Source of the DNA: Marsupella aquatica
Lineage: Eukaryota; Plantae; Marchantiophyta
Direction of reading: 5' to 3'
Assembly: GCA_973895155.1 (NCBI GenBank)
Contig: OZ316892.1
Span: 2,049,223 to 2,113,222, forward strand
DNA: 64,000 nucleotides
Shown here: one piece after another, positions 63,701-64,000 of the stretch
How the letters are laid out: each line of letters begins with the position of its first letter
How positions within the stretch are numbered: position 1 is the first letter of the stretch
Notes under the pieces: generated by a model
The model's database searches: none
The model's input: the letters and a program-made list of their open reading frames with translations, nothing else
Told to the model about the DNA's origin: nothing
Made by a program: the position numbers and the translations under genes

Positions 63701-64000
63701 GCTTTTGGCCAGAAATAAATGGCCATAGAATTTTCACAGGTTATGGAAAATAAAATAAAATTCCCTAGCCTCTAACTTATTATGGGCATGGCATATGACC
63801 AGTCTATATGACAAAAGTTATGTATTATGAATTTGGTTACCATAACTCTGTCCATAACCTTAATATCTACTAAGTTAAGGTCAATCAAATGTTGAAGTTT
63901 GAGAACCTGTATTGCCTTGTTTCCTAACTCTCATGCCAGATATTTAAGGCAAAGGAGTTAGATACATAAACTGAGGCAGTTCATATATCTGGCCTCAGTT

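Overview
Eukaryotic, intron-rich plant genomic DNA; an early-diverging, bryophyte-like land plant is inferred from gene content and divergence, but the species is not identifiable. 1-7.3 kb is the 5' part of a minus-strand Ty3/Gypsy-type LTR retrotransposon. Its long pol frame is absent from the ORF track because it runs off the window edge; translated by hand it reads gag (two CCHC knuckles) - aspartic protease - a complete DNMT3-like C5-cytosine DNA methyltransferase domain - reverse transcriptase - RNase H. This methyltransferase-carrying retroelement is the standout observation. 7.3-17.5 kb holds MITEs and decayed TE relics. Host genes follow: the symbiosis transcription factor CYCLOPS/IPD3 (+, with a Q-rich N-terminal extension and a triplicated 3' end), an RCC1-repeat gene (-), a METTL4-like MT-A70 methyltransferase (+, with a U12-type intron), an orphan three-exon gene (+), an unexplained 41-48.6 kb segment, CRE-like LINE and Tourist-like relics, and a vacuolar processing enzyme/legumain gene (-). 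Exon boundaries and domain calls were made by eye; no searches were run.
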